DNA from: Actinomycetes bacterium | Lineage (GTDB): Bacteria; Actinomycetota; Actinomycetes; Actinomycetales; Actinomycetaceae | Direction: 5' to 3' | NCBI GenBank assembly: GCA_023426345.1 | Contig: JAFAAX010000006.1 | Location: forward strand, 35,883-99,882 | Length of the DNA stretch: 64,000 nt | Part shown: positions 9,501 to 17,402 of the stretch, piece after piece | Layout of the letters: every line of letters starts with the position of its first letter | Numbering within the stretch: the first letter of the stretch is position 1 | Translations under genes and position numbers: made by a program | Notes under the pieces: model-generated | What the model saw: only the letters and a program-made list of their open reading frames with translations | Told to the model about the DNA's origin: nothing | Databases searched by the model: none

Positions 9501-11618
9501 GAGACCCCCGGCACGGGCGGCCTCTACTCGGTGACGATCGACCCGTGGAAGTGCTCCGGCTGCCTGGAGTGCGTGCAGGTCTGCGGGCCCCACGCCCTCA
9601 CCGGCGTCGAGCAGGCGCCCGAGGACCTCACCCGCATGGCGGAGTCCTTCGACCTGCTGGCCCGCACCCCCAACACGCCCGCGCGCTTCACGGCCGGCGC
9701 GACGGAGGCCGGCGGCGACCTCAAGCGGCTCTTCCTGGACCGCCGGAACTACTACGCGGTCACCGGCGGGCACGGCGCCTGCCGGGGCTGCGGCGAGATC
9801 ACCGGCACCCGCATGGTGATGGCCACCAGCCACGCGCTGGCGGACGCGCGCCGTCCGCGCGAACGCGAGGAGCTCGCCGCCGTGGTCGCCGACCTGCGCG
9901 CGAAGGCCGGCGAAGCCGGACTGGAGCCGGGACGCCGGGAGCGCCTCGCCGCCGTCCTGAGCGTGCTCGAGCACGAGCTGTACCTCCTCGAGGGCGGCCC
10001 CACCGGGCAGGGACGCTCCGCCGCCGTGGTCGCCAACGCCACCGGCTGCTCCTCCGTGTACGCCTCGACCATGCCGAACAACCCCTTCACGGACCCGTGG
10101 GTGAACTCCCTGTTCCAGGACGCCCAGCCGTTGGCCAAGGGCATGTTCGAAGGGCTGGCCACGCGCACCGTGGACCTGGTCCGCGCCCTGAGGGTCGCCC
10201 GCCTGGAGATCGCGGACGCCTACGACCCGCTCACCCAGGACAAGGCCCTGGCCACGATGGGGTGGCGCGACCTCACCGAGGAGGAGCGCCAGTGGCTGCC
10301 CACCGTCCTCACGATCGGCGGGGACGGCGCGACCTACGACATCGGCTTCGGCGCCCTGTCGCGCATCCTCGCGTCGGGCACCCCGATCAAGGCCGTGGTC
10401 CTGGACACCGGCGCCTACTCCAACACGGGCGGGCAGGCGTCCACGGCCTCCTACACGGGCCAGGACGCCGATTTGGCGCGCATCGGCAAGGCCCATCACG
10501 GCAAGGGCGAGCAGCGCAAGGAACTGGGCCTGCTGGCCTCCTTCCATCCGAACACGCTGGTCGTCCAGACCACGACCGCCATGCAGAACCACTTCCTCGC
10601 CAACGCCGCGAAGATGCTGCGGCGCACCGACGGGCCGGTGGTCTTCGACATCTACGCACCCTGCCAGATCGAGAACGGCATCCCCGACGACCTCGGCTTC
10701 GAACGCGGCCGCCTGGCCGTCCAGTCCCGGATGTCGCCCCTATTCGTCCACGATCCCGACCAGGGGGCCATGCACTTCGACCTGACGGGCAACCCGGACG
10801 TCGACGCGCTGTGGAGCACGCAGATGCTCCAATACGTCGACGACGCCGGCGCGGTCCAGCTCAAGGAGGTCCCGCTGACCCCGGCCGACTTCGCCGTCGG
10901 GGAGACGCGCTTCCGCAAGCAGTTCCGCTCGTTCCCGCCCGCCATGGACGAGGGCGCCCTGCCGGTCGACCAGTACGTGGCGTTGGAGCCGGAGGACCGC
11001 GAGGGGCGCGCGCCGTTCATCTGGACGGTGGACGGCGATCGCCACCTGGTCCGCATGCTCGTGGGGGAGGGGATCGTCGACCTGGTCGAGGAGCGGCGCC
11101 GCAACTGGGTGATGCTCCAGCAGCTGGCCGGCCTGGGGGCACGGCGCGCGGACGCCGAGCGCGCCGCCGAGATCGCCCGACTGGAGGCCCAGCTGGCCGA
11201 GGCCACCGAGGCCCGCGAGACCTCGCTGGACGACATCGCCCGTGCGATGAGCGAGCTGGCGGCCTCCGCAACCGCCGCCCCGGCGCCCCTGGCGATCCCG
11301 GGACTGACCGGGGCGGGCGCCGGACCCGCGACCGCGGCCCTCACGCAGGCGGGCGCCGGGCAGACGGGGTCGCCCTCGTCGGCGTCGGACGCGCCGGTCC
11401 GTCTGGACCCCGAGGACATCGCGAAGTGCACGGACTGCAAGACCTGCTGGCAGGAGGTGCCCGAGCTGTTCGAGCGGACCACGGTCGTCGTCGACGGGGA
11501 GGCCCGCAACGCGGCCCGGCTGATCCCCGGGGCGCTGGACACGGTGGAGATCACCGACGAGATGCGCGCGCGCCTCGCGAAGGTCGTCGCCAACTGCGAC
11601 GCCGAGATCATCCACTGA
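6570..11618 (+). CDS. nifJ: Single-chain pyruvate:ferredoxin/flavodoxin oxidoreductase, extra long, with C-terminal ferredoxin-like domain
   Basis: YPITPS, HSVGGYG, CTGCMECALACP and CSGCLECVQVC, GACRGCGE, ANATGCSSVY, GGDGATYDIG (TPP), C-terminal CTDCKTC...C; RBS GGAGG. Confidence 0.9.
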   Translation: MSTTTAPLAHTAQPGEPNAPEYPGTPSVINGNGAVAHVMKHVCGGVIGYPITPSTEISENFEAALAEGQLNVWGKHPFFFEPEGEHSAQSGALGAALTGGQFISNASSSQGILYGMESHFVTVGKRAAGFVLQVAARVVSRHSLNVMAGHDDVYALLPAGYTTFFGSNPQEAADLAAISYRTSALSLIPVVNAFDGFATSHVMSEVRLPEPALLKDYLGDPAGRIPCPTAAQEMVYGAKGRVWQLQRWLDRRAGQFESAADVEALRAWLDAHADQIEADNAGADAAPTLEHIPVELRDQWRRQWLGAWQKGTRQTVPALVDPDNPGLTGPVQNQPDFQAGVIDQRTHFLADVPALARRAMEEYSQLTGRHYRPLQTEGLEDADYVFVGLGSVCDDVRAVLPHLRAQGLKVGLVAVTLLQPFPEAELVEALSNCRAVTVLERSDLMSLTHFVEEALFKGVASRSHPGRFPGVPALADVPRLTTAVFGLGAHDLQPCDLVAAAENMAGDNASPLVYLGSRFFDEDATGAFQEMQNRLAAAYPETRLMALPVRENPQLLPEGALRIRFHSVGGYGTIATGKLMTDTLAGALGMFSKSAPKYGSEKSGAPTNYYITLSPEPVLLTNAELEDVEVVLCPDGRVFDHSNPLNGLVEGGTLILQSNRSPEETWRSLPRAARRAIRQRRIRFELIDAFAIAGRHAPTPELETRMMGIAFIGATLGGVDRIHARTSPEELHEKVRSQIQKKFGSKGSTVVEGNMAVIEEGLTALVPVPYATAEYEAIDAEPDPGERLGAAVSASMAPAACASCHLFDPDYFADIMGDAFRAGTIGRAPVMPGVGSFLPTGTAAGKDKGMFRRNVPVFDASLCTGCMECALACPDAAIPNAVHELDALIATAIARLDVPAERRAALSAQTHAIAERVRRAYRASKDAGAFPELVVQAVDELTPSDDFRLRHDFDAVAEVLAQLPVARTRPFFDAMENETPGTGGLYSVTIDPWKCSGCLECVQVCGPHALTGVEQAPEDLTRMAESFDLLARTPNTPARFTAGATEAGGDLKRLFLDRRNYYAVTGGHGACRGCGEITGTRMVMATSHALADARRPREREELAAVVADLRAKAGEAGLEPGRRERLAAVLSVLEHELYLLEGGPTGQGRSAAVVANATGCSSVYASTMPNNPFTDPWVNSLFQDAQPLAKGMFEGLATRTVDLVRALRVARLEIADAYDPLTQDKALATMGWRDLTEEERQWLPTVLTIGGDGATYDIGFGALSRILASGTPIKAVVLDTGAYSNTGGQASTASYTGQDADLARIGKAHHGKGEQRKELGLLASFHPNTLVVQTTTAMQNHFLANAAKMLRRTDGPVVFDIYAPCQIENGIPDDLGFERGRLAVQSRMSPLFVHDPDQGAMHFDLTGNPDVDALWSTQMLQYVDDAGAVQLKEVPLTPADFAVGETRFRKQFRSFPPAMDEGALPVDQYVALEPEDREGRAPFIWTVDGDRHLVRMLVGEGIVDLVEERRRNWVMLQQLAGLGARRADAERAAEIARLEAQLAEATEARETSLDDIARAMSELAASATAAPAPLAIPGLTGAGAGPATAALTQAGAGQTGSPSSASDAPVRLDPEDIAKCTDCKTCWQEVPELFERTTVVVDGEARNAARLIPGALDTVEITDEMRARLAKVVANCDAEIIH

Positions 11619-11643
11619 CGGCCCGACGGAGAGGGGAGACGCC

Positions 11644-14526
11644 ATGAGCGACGAACTGACCACCTACCTGCAGGCCACGGCCACGTTGGAGCGCAGCGCC
11701 GAACAGGTCCACGCCTTGTCCGGCAGCGAGCCGGTGGGCGCCTACCACGCGCAGATGGACCTGCTGGCCCGGCGCCTGCAGGCCGATCCGCGGCCCTTCC
11801 GGCCGATGTTCATCTCCGACGGGATGGCGGCCGTCGCGGCGGAGTTCCGCGCCGGAGAGCTGTCGGAGGGGCTCACCCAGCAGCTGTGGGCCCAGCTGCT
11901 GCGCGACGGGGACGGGGCGCGTCTGCTCATGCGCTTCGTGTGGGACCTGCCGCTGGGCAAGAAGCGCGTCTTCATCCGGGCCATCGACCGGTGGCTGAGC
12001 GGGCGCTACCCGATGTTCGAGGGGTTGTCCGAGGGGTGGCCCGCCAACATCGGGATCCCGCCGCGGGTGCGCGGCCCCGAGGAGCGCCGGGCGGACTTCG
12101 GCCTGGTCAACCAGGGGTACCTGGGCTACATGAACGACGGCTACTCCCAGCGCGAGGTCGACCTGTTCGTCTGGTTGGAGGCGCTGCGCGACAAGCAGTG
12201 CGCCGACCGGCCCTGCCAGCTGGGGGAGTTCCTGGCCGAGTGCGGGCCGAAGACGCCGCCCACGGGCGGCTGCCCGGTCCAGGTCCACATCCCCGAGATG
12301 ATGGAGCTGGTGGGCACCGGCCGGTTCCGGGAGGCGCTGGAGCTGGTCGAGGCCATCAACCCGCTGCCCAACGTCACGGGCCGCGTCTGCCCTCAGGAGC
12401 TCCAGTGCCAGTCCGTGTGCGCGCATAAGCACGCCATGGAGATCGGGCAGCTCGAGTGGTTCCTGCCCCAGCGCGAGCGCGTCGTCAATCCCACGGGCAA
12501 CGTCGCGCGCTACGCCGGGCGGCCGAACCCCTGGCTGACTGCCGAGAGGCCGCCGGTGGCCGTGGTGGGATCCGGGCCGTCGGGCCTGGTCACCGCCTTC
12601 CTGCTGGCTGCCCAGGGTACGCCCGTCACCGTCTTCGAGTCCTTCCACGAACTCGGCGGCGTGCTGCGCTACGGCATCCCGGAGTTCCGGCTGCCGAACT
12701 CGTTGATCGACGACGTCGTCGAGAAGATCACGGCGCTCGGGGGGCGGTTCGTCACGAATTTCGTGGTCGGCAAGACGGCCACGCTGTCGGACCTGCGCGC
12801 CGCCGGTTTCGCCGAGGTCTTCGTCGGCTCCGGCGCCGGCCTGCCGCGCTTCATGAACATCCCCGGCGAGCACCTGGTCGGCGTGATGAGCGCCAACGAG
12901 TTCCTCACCCGCGTCAACCTCATGCAGGGGCACCGCGAGGGGCATGAGACGCCCCTGCCGGAGTGCGACGGCAAGCGCGTGATGGTGGTCGGCGGCGGCA
13001 ACACCGCGATGGACGCCGCGCGCGTCGCGCGGCGCCTCGGCGGCGAGGTGACGATCTGCTACCGGCGCACGCGCGCCGAGATGCCCGCCCGCGTCGAGGA
13101 ACTGGCCCACGCGTTGGAGGAGGGGATCCGGCTCCAGACGCTGCGGTCGCCCTCGTCCTTCGAGGAGAGGTCCGACGGCAGCGCGACCGTGGCCCGCGCG
13201 ATCCTCGACGTCATGGAGCTGGGGGAGCCCGACGCCTCGGGTCGGCGCCGGCCTGTCGCCACGGGGGCGGCCGAGACCGTGGACGTCGACCTGGTCATTA
13301 TGGCGCTGGGCAACGCCGCCAATCCGATCATCCGGGAGTCCGAGCCCGGGCTGGCGGCCGACCGGCGCGGCGTGTTCACGCTGGCGGAGGACTCGCAGGA
13401 GACCTCGATGCTGGGCGTGTACTCCGGCGGCGATGCGGCCCGCGGCGGATCGACGGCCGTGCGGGCCGCCGGCGACGGGCAGGCGGCCGCCCACCAGATC
13501 GAGGCCCTCGCCCAGGAGATGGGAGCCGACGAGGTCCGCGACCGGGTCCGCCGGGCGCGGCGCTACACGGACACGGCCACGACGGCGAACACCATCGTGG
13601 GGCGCCGCGAGCTGGCGCCGAACATCGTGGAGCTCACGATCCGCGCGCCCATGATCGCGGAGTCCGCGCAGGCCGGGCAGTTCGTCCGGGTGCTCACGCG
13701 GCCCGACTCCGAGATGATCCCGCTGACGCTGGCCGACTGGTCCGCGCCGGAGGGGACGATCACGCTGGTCATCCAGGGCATGGGGACGACCTCGCGCCAG
13801 ATCAACCGGATGCGCGTGGGTGAGGCCTTCCAGGGCATCGCGGGCCCGCTGGGGCGTCCGTCCGAGGTCCGTCGGGCCCCCGAGGGGTCGACGGTCGTCT
13901 TCACGGCCGGCGGCCTCGGGCTGCCGCCCGTCTACCCCATCGCCCGGGAGAACCTGCGCGCCGGCAACCACGTCACCCTGATCGCCGGGTTCCGGTCGGC
14001 CGATCTGGTGTTCTGGATCGGCGAGGGCGAACGCGTCGACACCCTCCAGGAGGAGTACGGCGACCGCCTGCGGGTCCTGTTCACGTCCAACGACGGGACG
14101 CTGGGCGTCAAGGGCTTCGTCACCGTGCCGCTGGAGGAGATGCTCGAGGAGGACCTGCGCGGGGTCGGCCGCCCGCTCGCCGAGGTCACCACCATCGGGC
14201 CGCCGCTCATGATGCGCTCGGTCGCCGACCTCACCCGCGGGTACGGCGTGCGCACCGTCGCGTCGGTCAACTCGATCATGGTGGACGCGACCGGCATGTG
14301 CGGGGCCTGCATGGTGCCCTGCGTCGAGGACGGCACGCCGGTGCGGCGCCACGCCTGCATCGACGGCCCGGAGCTGGACGCGCACACCATCGACTGGGAC
14401 AAGTTCCTGCCCCGCTTCAAGGCGTTCGCCTCCCAGGAGAGGGCCTCGATGGCGCGTGAGGCGGCGGCGGACGCGGTGGCGGACGCGGTGGCGGCGGGGA
14501 CCGGCGGCGCCCAGTCCGTGGGGTGA
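11644..14526 (+). CDS. Fused GltD/SudA(NfnL)-like plus SudB/PyrK(NfnS)-like FAD/Fe-S oxidoreductase
   Basis: GCPVQVHIP, GRVCPQELQC, VVGSGPSG, VGGGNTAMDAAR, GGDAARG; then GQFVRV..IPLTLAD, GPLG, IGPPLMM, MVDATGMCGAC..ACIDGPE. Confidence 0.85.
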   Translation: MSDELTTYLQATATLERSAEQVHALSGSEPVGAYHAQMDLLARRLQADPRPFRPMFISDGMAAVAAEFRAGELSEGLTQQLWAQLLRDGDGARLLMRFVWDLPLGKKRVFIRAIDRWLSGRYPMFEGLSEGWPANIGIPPRVRGPEERRADFGLVNQGYLGYMNDGYSQREVDLFVWLEALRDKQCADRPCQLGEFLAECGPKTPPTGGCPVQVHIPEMMELVGTGRFREALELVEAINPLPNVTGRVCPQELQCQSVCAHKHAMEIGQLEWFLPQRERVVNPTGNVARYAGRPNPWLTAERPPVAVVGSGPSGLVTAFLLAAQGTPVTVFESFHELGGVLRYGIPEFRLPNSLIDDVVEKITALGGRFVTNFVVGKTATLSDLRAAGFAEVFVGSGAGLPRFMNIPGEHLVGVMSANEFLTRVNLMQGHREGHETPLPECDGKRVMVVGGGNTAMDAARVARRLGGEVTICYRRTRAEMPARVEELAHALEEGIRLQTLRSPSSFEERSDGSATVARAILDVMELGEPDASGRRRPVATGAAETVDVDLVIMALGNAANPIIRESEPGLAADRRGVFTLAEDSQETSMLGVYSGGDAARGGSTAVRAAGDGQAAAHQIEALAQEMGADEVRDRVRRARRYTDTATTANTIVGRRELAPNIVELTIRAPMIAESAQAGQFVRVLTRPDSEMIPLTLADWSAPEGTITLVIQGMGTTSRQINRMRVGEAFQGIAGPLGRPSEVRRAPEGSTVVFTAGGLGLPPVYPIARENLRAGNHVTLIAGFRSADLVFWIGEGERVDTLQEEYGDRLRVLFTSNDGTLGVKGFVTVPLEEMLEEDLRGVGRPLAEVTTIGPPLMMRSVADLTRGYGVRTVASVNSIMVDATGMCGACMVPCVEDGTPVRRHACIDGPELDAHTIDWDKFLPRFKAFASQERASMAREAAADAVADAVAAGTGGAQSVG

Positions 14527-14527
14527 G

Positions 14528-14567
14528 CCTGCCCTCCTGCCCTCCTGCCCTCCCGCCCTCCCGCCCT
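14528..14567. repeat. 8-bp tandem repeat (CCTGCCCT)3(CCCGCCCT)2
   Basis: Read directly from the sequence. Confidence 0.85.
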
Positions 14568-14569
14568 CT

Positions 14570-14606
14570 CCGCGAGAACGGTCGGCGTTCGCGCCGAGAA
14601 CGGTCG
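14570..14606 (+). repeat. Left inverted arm (two 22-bp-period CGAGAACGGT cores) flanking the AbiEi/DUF559-like gene
   Basis: CCGCGAGAACGGTCG...CGAGAACGGT; reverse complement recurs at 15871-15907. Confidence 0.8.
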
Positions 14607-14619
14607 AACGGCCGCTTCG

Positions 14620-15642
14620 TCAGAACCCGTACAGCGGCTCCTCCCACCGGGTCCACAACGACCGGAGCCCATGCCCGTCGCGGGTCTCGCCGAGGTACCG
14701 GTCGAGCAGTTCCAGCACCAGAGACGTGTCGTGGACGTCATGGGATGTCAGGTTCACCAGGTCGACGCCGGTGTCGCGGATGTCCTGGTCGCGGGACTGC
14801 TGGTGGAGGCGGTACTGAGCACCGGCGTCGCCCTCGTACTTGACGTCGCCTGAGATGTCGATGCCGATGCGCGCGCGACGGCACCCGAAGTCGGTCCATC
14901 GGTCGCCGCTCCGGGTCGGCACCTTCATCTGGGGCTCCAGGGCCGAGTAGCCGGCGGCTAGGGCGATGCGGTGGAACGCGGACTCGTACGGCGACTCCGA
15001 GAAGGGGGAGGCGGTCCCGAGCATCTCGCGGGCCTGCCGGACGCCGCGCTGATGGGCGCAGGGACGAAGCGCTTCGAGGAGCTCACGACGCAGCGCCATC
15101 CACTGCGACTGAACGTCCGCCCGGCATTCCCTCCACCTCGGATCGCGCCCGATCGCCAGCGGGATCAGCGACTCGACCGCGACCTTCGCGTCGTCAGGCG
15201 GAAGGAACCGGGCGCAGTGGAGGATCGTCTGTGCGAGGCCCGTGGCGAGGACGTCGTCGACGAGGACGAGGTCGCCCTCGTCGATCTGCATCCGATGGCA
15301 GACCACTGATCGGCCACTCAGCCTGAGGCGGCGCTGTTTCCGCGAGAGCGCAGTCCGCGGCGGTTGATGGGCGCCCCGGCTGCCGTGGTGCGACCACGGC
15401 ATCCAGAGGTGCGCCTGCTCGGTCGTCCGCCAGAGCTTGCCGCCGTGCAGGAGAACGGCGCTCTGCAGGACGGCCACTCCGTCCGCGATTCCATTCGATG
15501 CCGAGTCCAGTCTCCGCAGATGGGTGATGGCGGCGTCCTCCCACGGGGTGGCTCCGAGAAGGGCGCTCGGGGGAGCGTCTCCGGCGGCAAGGCGTGCCGA
15601 TAGCGAGTTGGTCTGGGCAATGTCCCTCGTGATGTTGTCCAT
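14620..15642 (-). CDS. Actinobacterial AbiEi-like / Vsr(DUF559)-like endonuclease-fold protein
   Basis: SAVLLHG, VDDVLATGLAQTILHCAR, SESPYES, EPQ, WTDF, IDISGDVKY, RDQDIR; lower-GC codon usage; alternative TTG start at 15651. Confidence 0.7.
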   Translation of the reverse strand: MDNITRDIAQTNSLSARLAAGDAPPSALLGATPWEDAAITHLRRLDSASNGIADGVAVLQSAVLLHGGKLWRTTEQAHLWMPWSHHGSRGAHQPPRTALSRKQRRLRLSGRSVVCHRMQIDEGDLVLVDDVLATGLAQTILHCARFLPPDDAKVAVESLIPLAIGRDPRWRECRADVQSQWMALRRELLEALRPCAHQRGVRQAREMLGTASPFSESPYESAFHRIALAAGYSALEPQMKVPTRSGDRWTDFGCRRARIGIDISGDVKYEGDAGAQYRLHQQSRDQDIRDTGVDLVNLTSHDVHDTSLVLELLDRYLGETRDGHGLRSLWTRWEEPLYGF

Positions 15643-15681
15643 GCCAATCAATGATTGTTTATATCGTTGGGGTTTGTTCCG

Positions 15682-15727
15682 TCATCCATAGAACTGTGGA
15701 TAGGTGGCGATTGGGTGCTGTGGATAG
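15682..15727. promoter_or_regulatory. Three DnaA-box-like motifs upstream of the AbiEi/DUF559-like gene
   Basis: TCATCCATA (15682-15690), CTGTGGATAG (15694-15703) and CTGTGGATAG (15718-15727); DnaA consensus TTATCCACA = TGTGGATAA. Confidence 0.5.
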
Positions 15728-15870
15728 CTGTTCTCGGCCTCAGCCCCGGCCCCGGCGCGCGCCGAGCCCCGCCACTGGAGTGCCTCGCCCACGAGACTCG
15801 ACTCAGGCGTGACTCGTGCCGGCCGCGGGAACCCAGCCACGCGGGGCCGCCCTCGTCCATGGCGGGGACG

Positions 15871-15907
15871 GAACCGTTCTCGAGCGAAAAGACGACCGTT
15901 CTCGCGG
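15871..15907 (-). repeat. Right inverted arm (two 22-bp-period cores)
   Basis: ACCGTTCTCG at 15873 and 15895; outer 15 bp are the exact reverse complement of 14570-14584. Confidence 0.8.
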
Positions 15908-16063
15908 GGGAGGGGAGCGGACAGGGGGCGCGGGTCCGCGAAGGAGAGGACTCCGCCGTCACAATCGGCCGGTTGACGGGACGGGCCGAGCCGTCAGGAG
16001 GACCACCCCTACGCTGGCCCCAGCGCCGTCGCCCGGGCGGTGCCCCTCACCCCAGGAGGACCC

Positions 16064-17245
16064 ATGGCCATCCGCACCACCCATGTCGGCTCGCTGCCGC
16101 GCACACCCGAACTGCTCGAGGCGAACGCGCACCGCGCGGACCTGCCGGAGGAGCAGTTCTCCCGCATCGTCCAGGAGTCCGTCGACCAGGTGGTCGCCCG
16201 CCAGCACGAGATCGGCCTGGACATCGTCAACGACGGCGAGTACGGGCACGCGATGTCGGCCAGCGTGGACTACGGCGCGTGGTGGACGTACTCGTTCGGA
16301 CGCTTCTCCGGCCTGGAGGTGCTCGACGCGGCCACCGTCACGGAGGTCGTCCCCGCTGCCGGCGCGCCCGTGGAGCTGGCGCCCTTCTCCCAGCGGCGCG
16401 ACTGGGTGGCATTCCACGACGCCTACTCCGACCCGGAGTCCGGGATCAGCCTGGGCTCCGGCGGCGGCCAGGGCTTCCCCACCATCACGGGCCCCGTCTC
16501 CTACATCGGACAGGCCGAGGTCGCCCGCGACATCGAGGGCCTCACCCGTGCGCTCGCGGCCAACGGCCTCACCCCCGCCGACGGCTTCATCGCGGCGGTG
16601 GCGCCGGGATCGGCGGCCCGCGTCGGCAACGCCTACTACCAGGACGACGCAGCGGTCCTGGACGCCTGGGCCGACGCCCTCCACGAGGAGTACACGGCCA
16701 TCACGGACGCGGGCTTCACCCTGCAGCTCGACGACCCCGGGCTCGCGGAGGCCTGGGACCAGGTCAATCCCGAGCCCAGCCTGTCCGCCTACCGCGAGTA
16801 CGTGGCCCAGCGGATCGCCGCGATCAACCGCGCCCTGGAGGGCATCCCCGCCGAGCAGGTGCGCCTCCATGTCTGTTGGGGCTCCTGGCACGGCCCCCAC
16901 ACCACGGACCTCCCGTTCAAGGACTTCGTCGACCTGGTGCTGCGCGCCAACGTCCACGGCTACACCTTCGAGGCGGCCAACGTCCGCCACGAGCACGAGT
17001 GGACGATCTGGACCGACGGCATCCTCCCCGACGACAAGGTCATCATCCCCGGCGTCGTGTCGCACTCGACGAACGTCGTCGAGCATCCCGAGCTGGTCGC
17101 CCAGCGCATCCGCCGCTTCACCGACGCCGTGGGCGCGGACCGCGTCATCGCCTCCACGGACTGCGGCCTGGGCGGGCGCATCCACCCGTCCATCGCCTGG
17201 GCGAAGCTGGAGTCCCTGGTGGAGGGCGCCCGCCTGGTCGGCTGA
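16064..17245 (+). CDS. Cobalamin-independent methionine synthase II family (single-barrel MetE-like)
   Basis: TTHVGSLPR, NDGEY, LQLDDP, HVCWG, STDCGLG; RBS AGGAGG. Confidence 0.85.
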   Translation: MAIRTTHVGSLPRTPELLEANAHRADLPEEQFSRIVQESVDQVVARQHEIGLDIVNDGEYGHAMSASVDYGAWWTYSFGRFSGLEVLDAATVTEVVPAAGAPVELAPFSQRRDWVAFHDAYSDPESGISLGSGGGQGFPTITGPVSYIGQAEVARDIEGLTRALAANGLTPADGFIAAVAPGSAARVGNAYYQDDAAVLDAWADALHEEYTAITDAGFTLQLDDPGLAEAWDQVNPEPSLSAYREYVAQRIAAINRALEGIPAEQVRLHVCWGSWHGPHTTDLPFKDFVDLVLRANVHGYTFEAANVRHEHEWTIWTDGILPDDKVIIPGVVSHSTNVVEHPELVAQRIRRFTDAVGADRVIASTDCGLGGRIHPSIAWAKLESLVEGARLVG

Positions 17246-17402
17246 ACCGGGCCGCCCGTGGCGCCGCGTGCGCCCGATCCGCGGACGGACCAGATCCTCT
17301 GGCTCCCCTCCGGCCACAATGGACGCGCGAAGAGGACGCACGCCCTCGCGAGGATCCCACCCCGCGGGGGCGTCGTCCTCGTCAATGGAGGAGTGAGACG
17401 AC

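Noticed and set aside
6483..14385. Very long alternative-frame and antisense ORFs (1369, 1620 and 925 aa)
   Set aside because: They are shadows of high-GC coding regions with Arg/Gly/Pro-rich translations and no motifs. The same applies to most overlapping ORFs in the track.
11644..14526. Glutamate synthase small subunit or dihydroorotate dehydrogenase subunit
   Set aside because: No gltB or pyrD neighbour is present, and the fused architecture with the Asp-containing 2Fe-2S motif fits Nfn/Sud better.
14620..15642. Classical IS transposase or complete type IV toxin-antitoxin system
   Set aside because: No DDE or HUH motif, no target duplication and no adjacent AbiEii nucleotidyltransferase were seen.
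15682..15727. Chromosomal origin of replication
   Set aside because: Only three imperfect boxes are present, with no dnaA, dnaN or rpmH context.
15908..16063. SAM or SAH riboswitch upstream of the MetE-like gene
   Set aside because: Small hairpins exist, but I could not recognise SAM-I, SAM-IV or SAH consensus elements. An Rfam scan would settle it.
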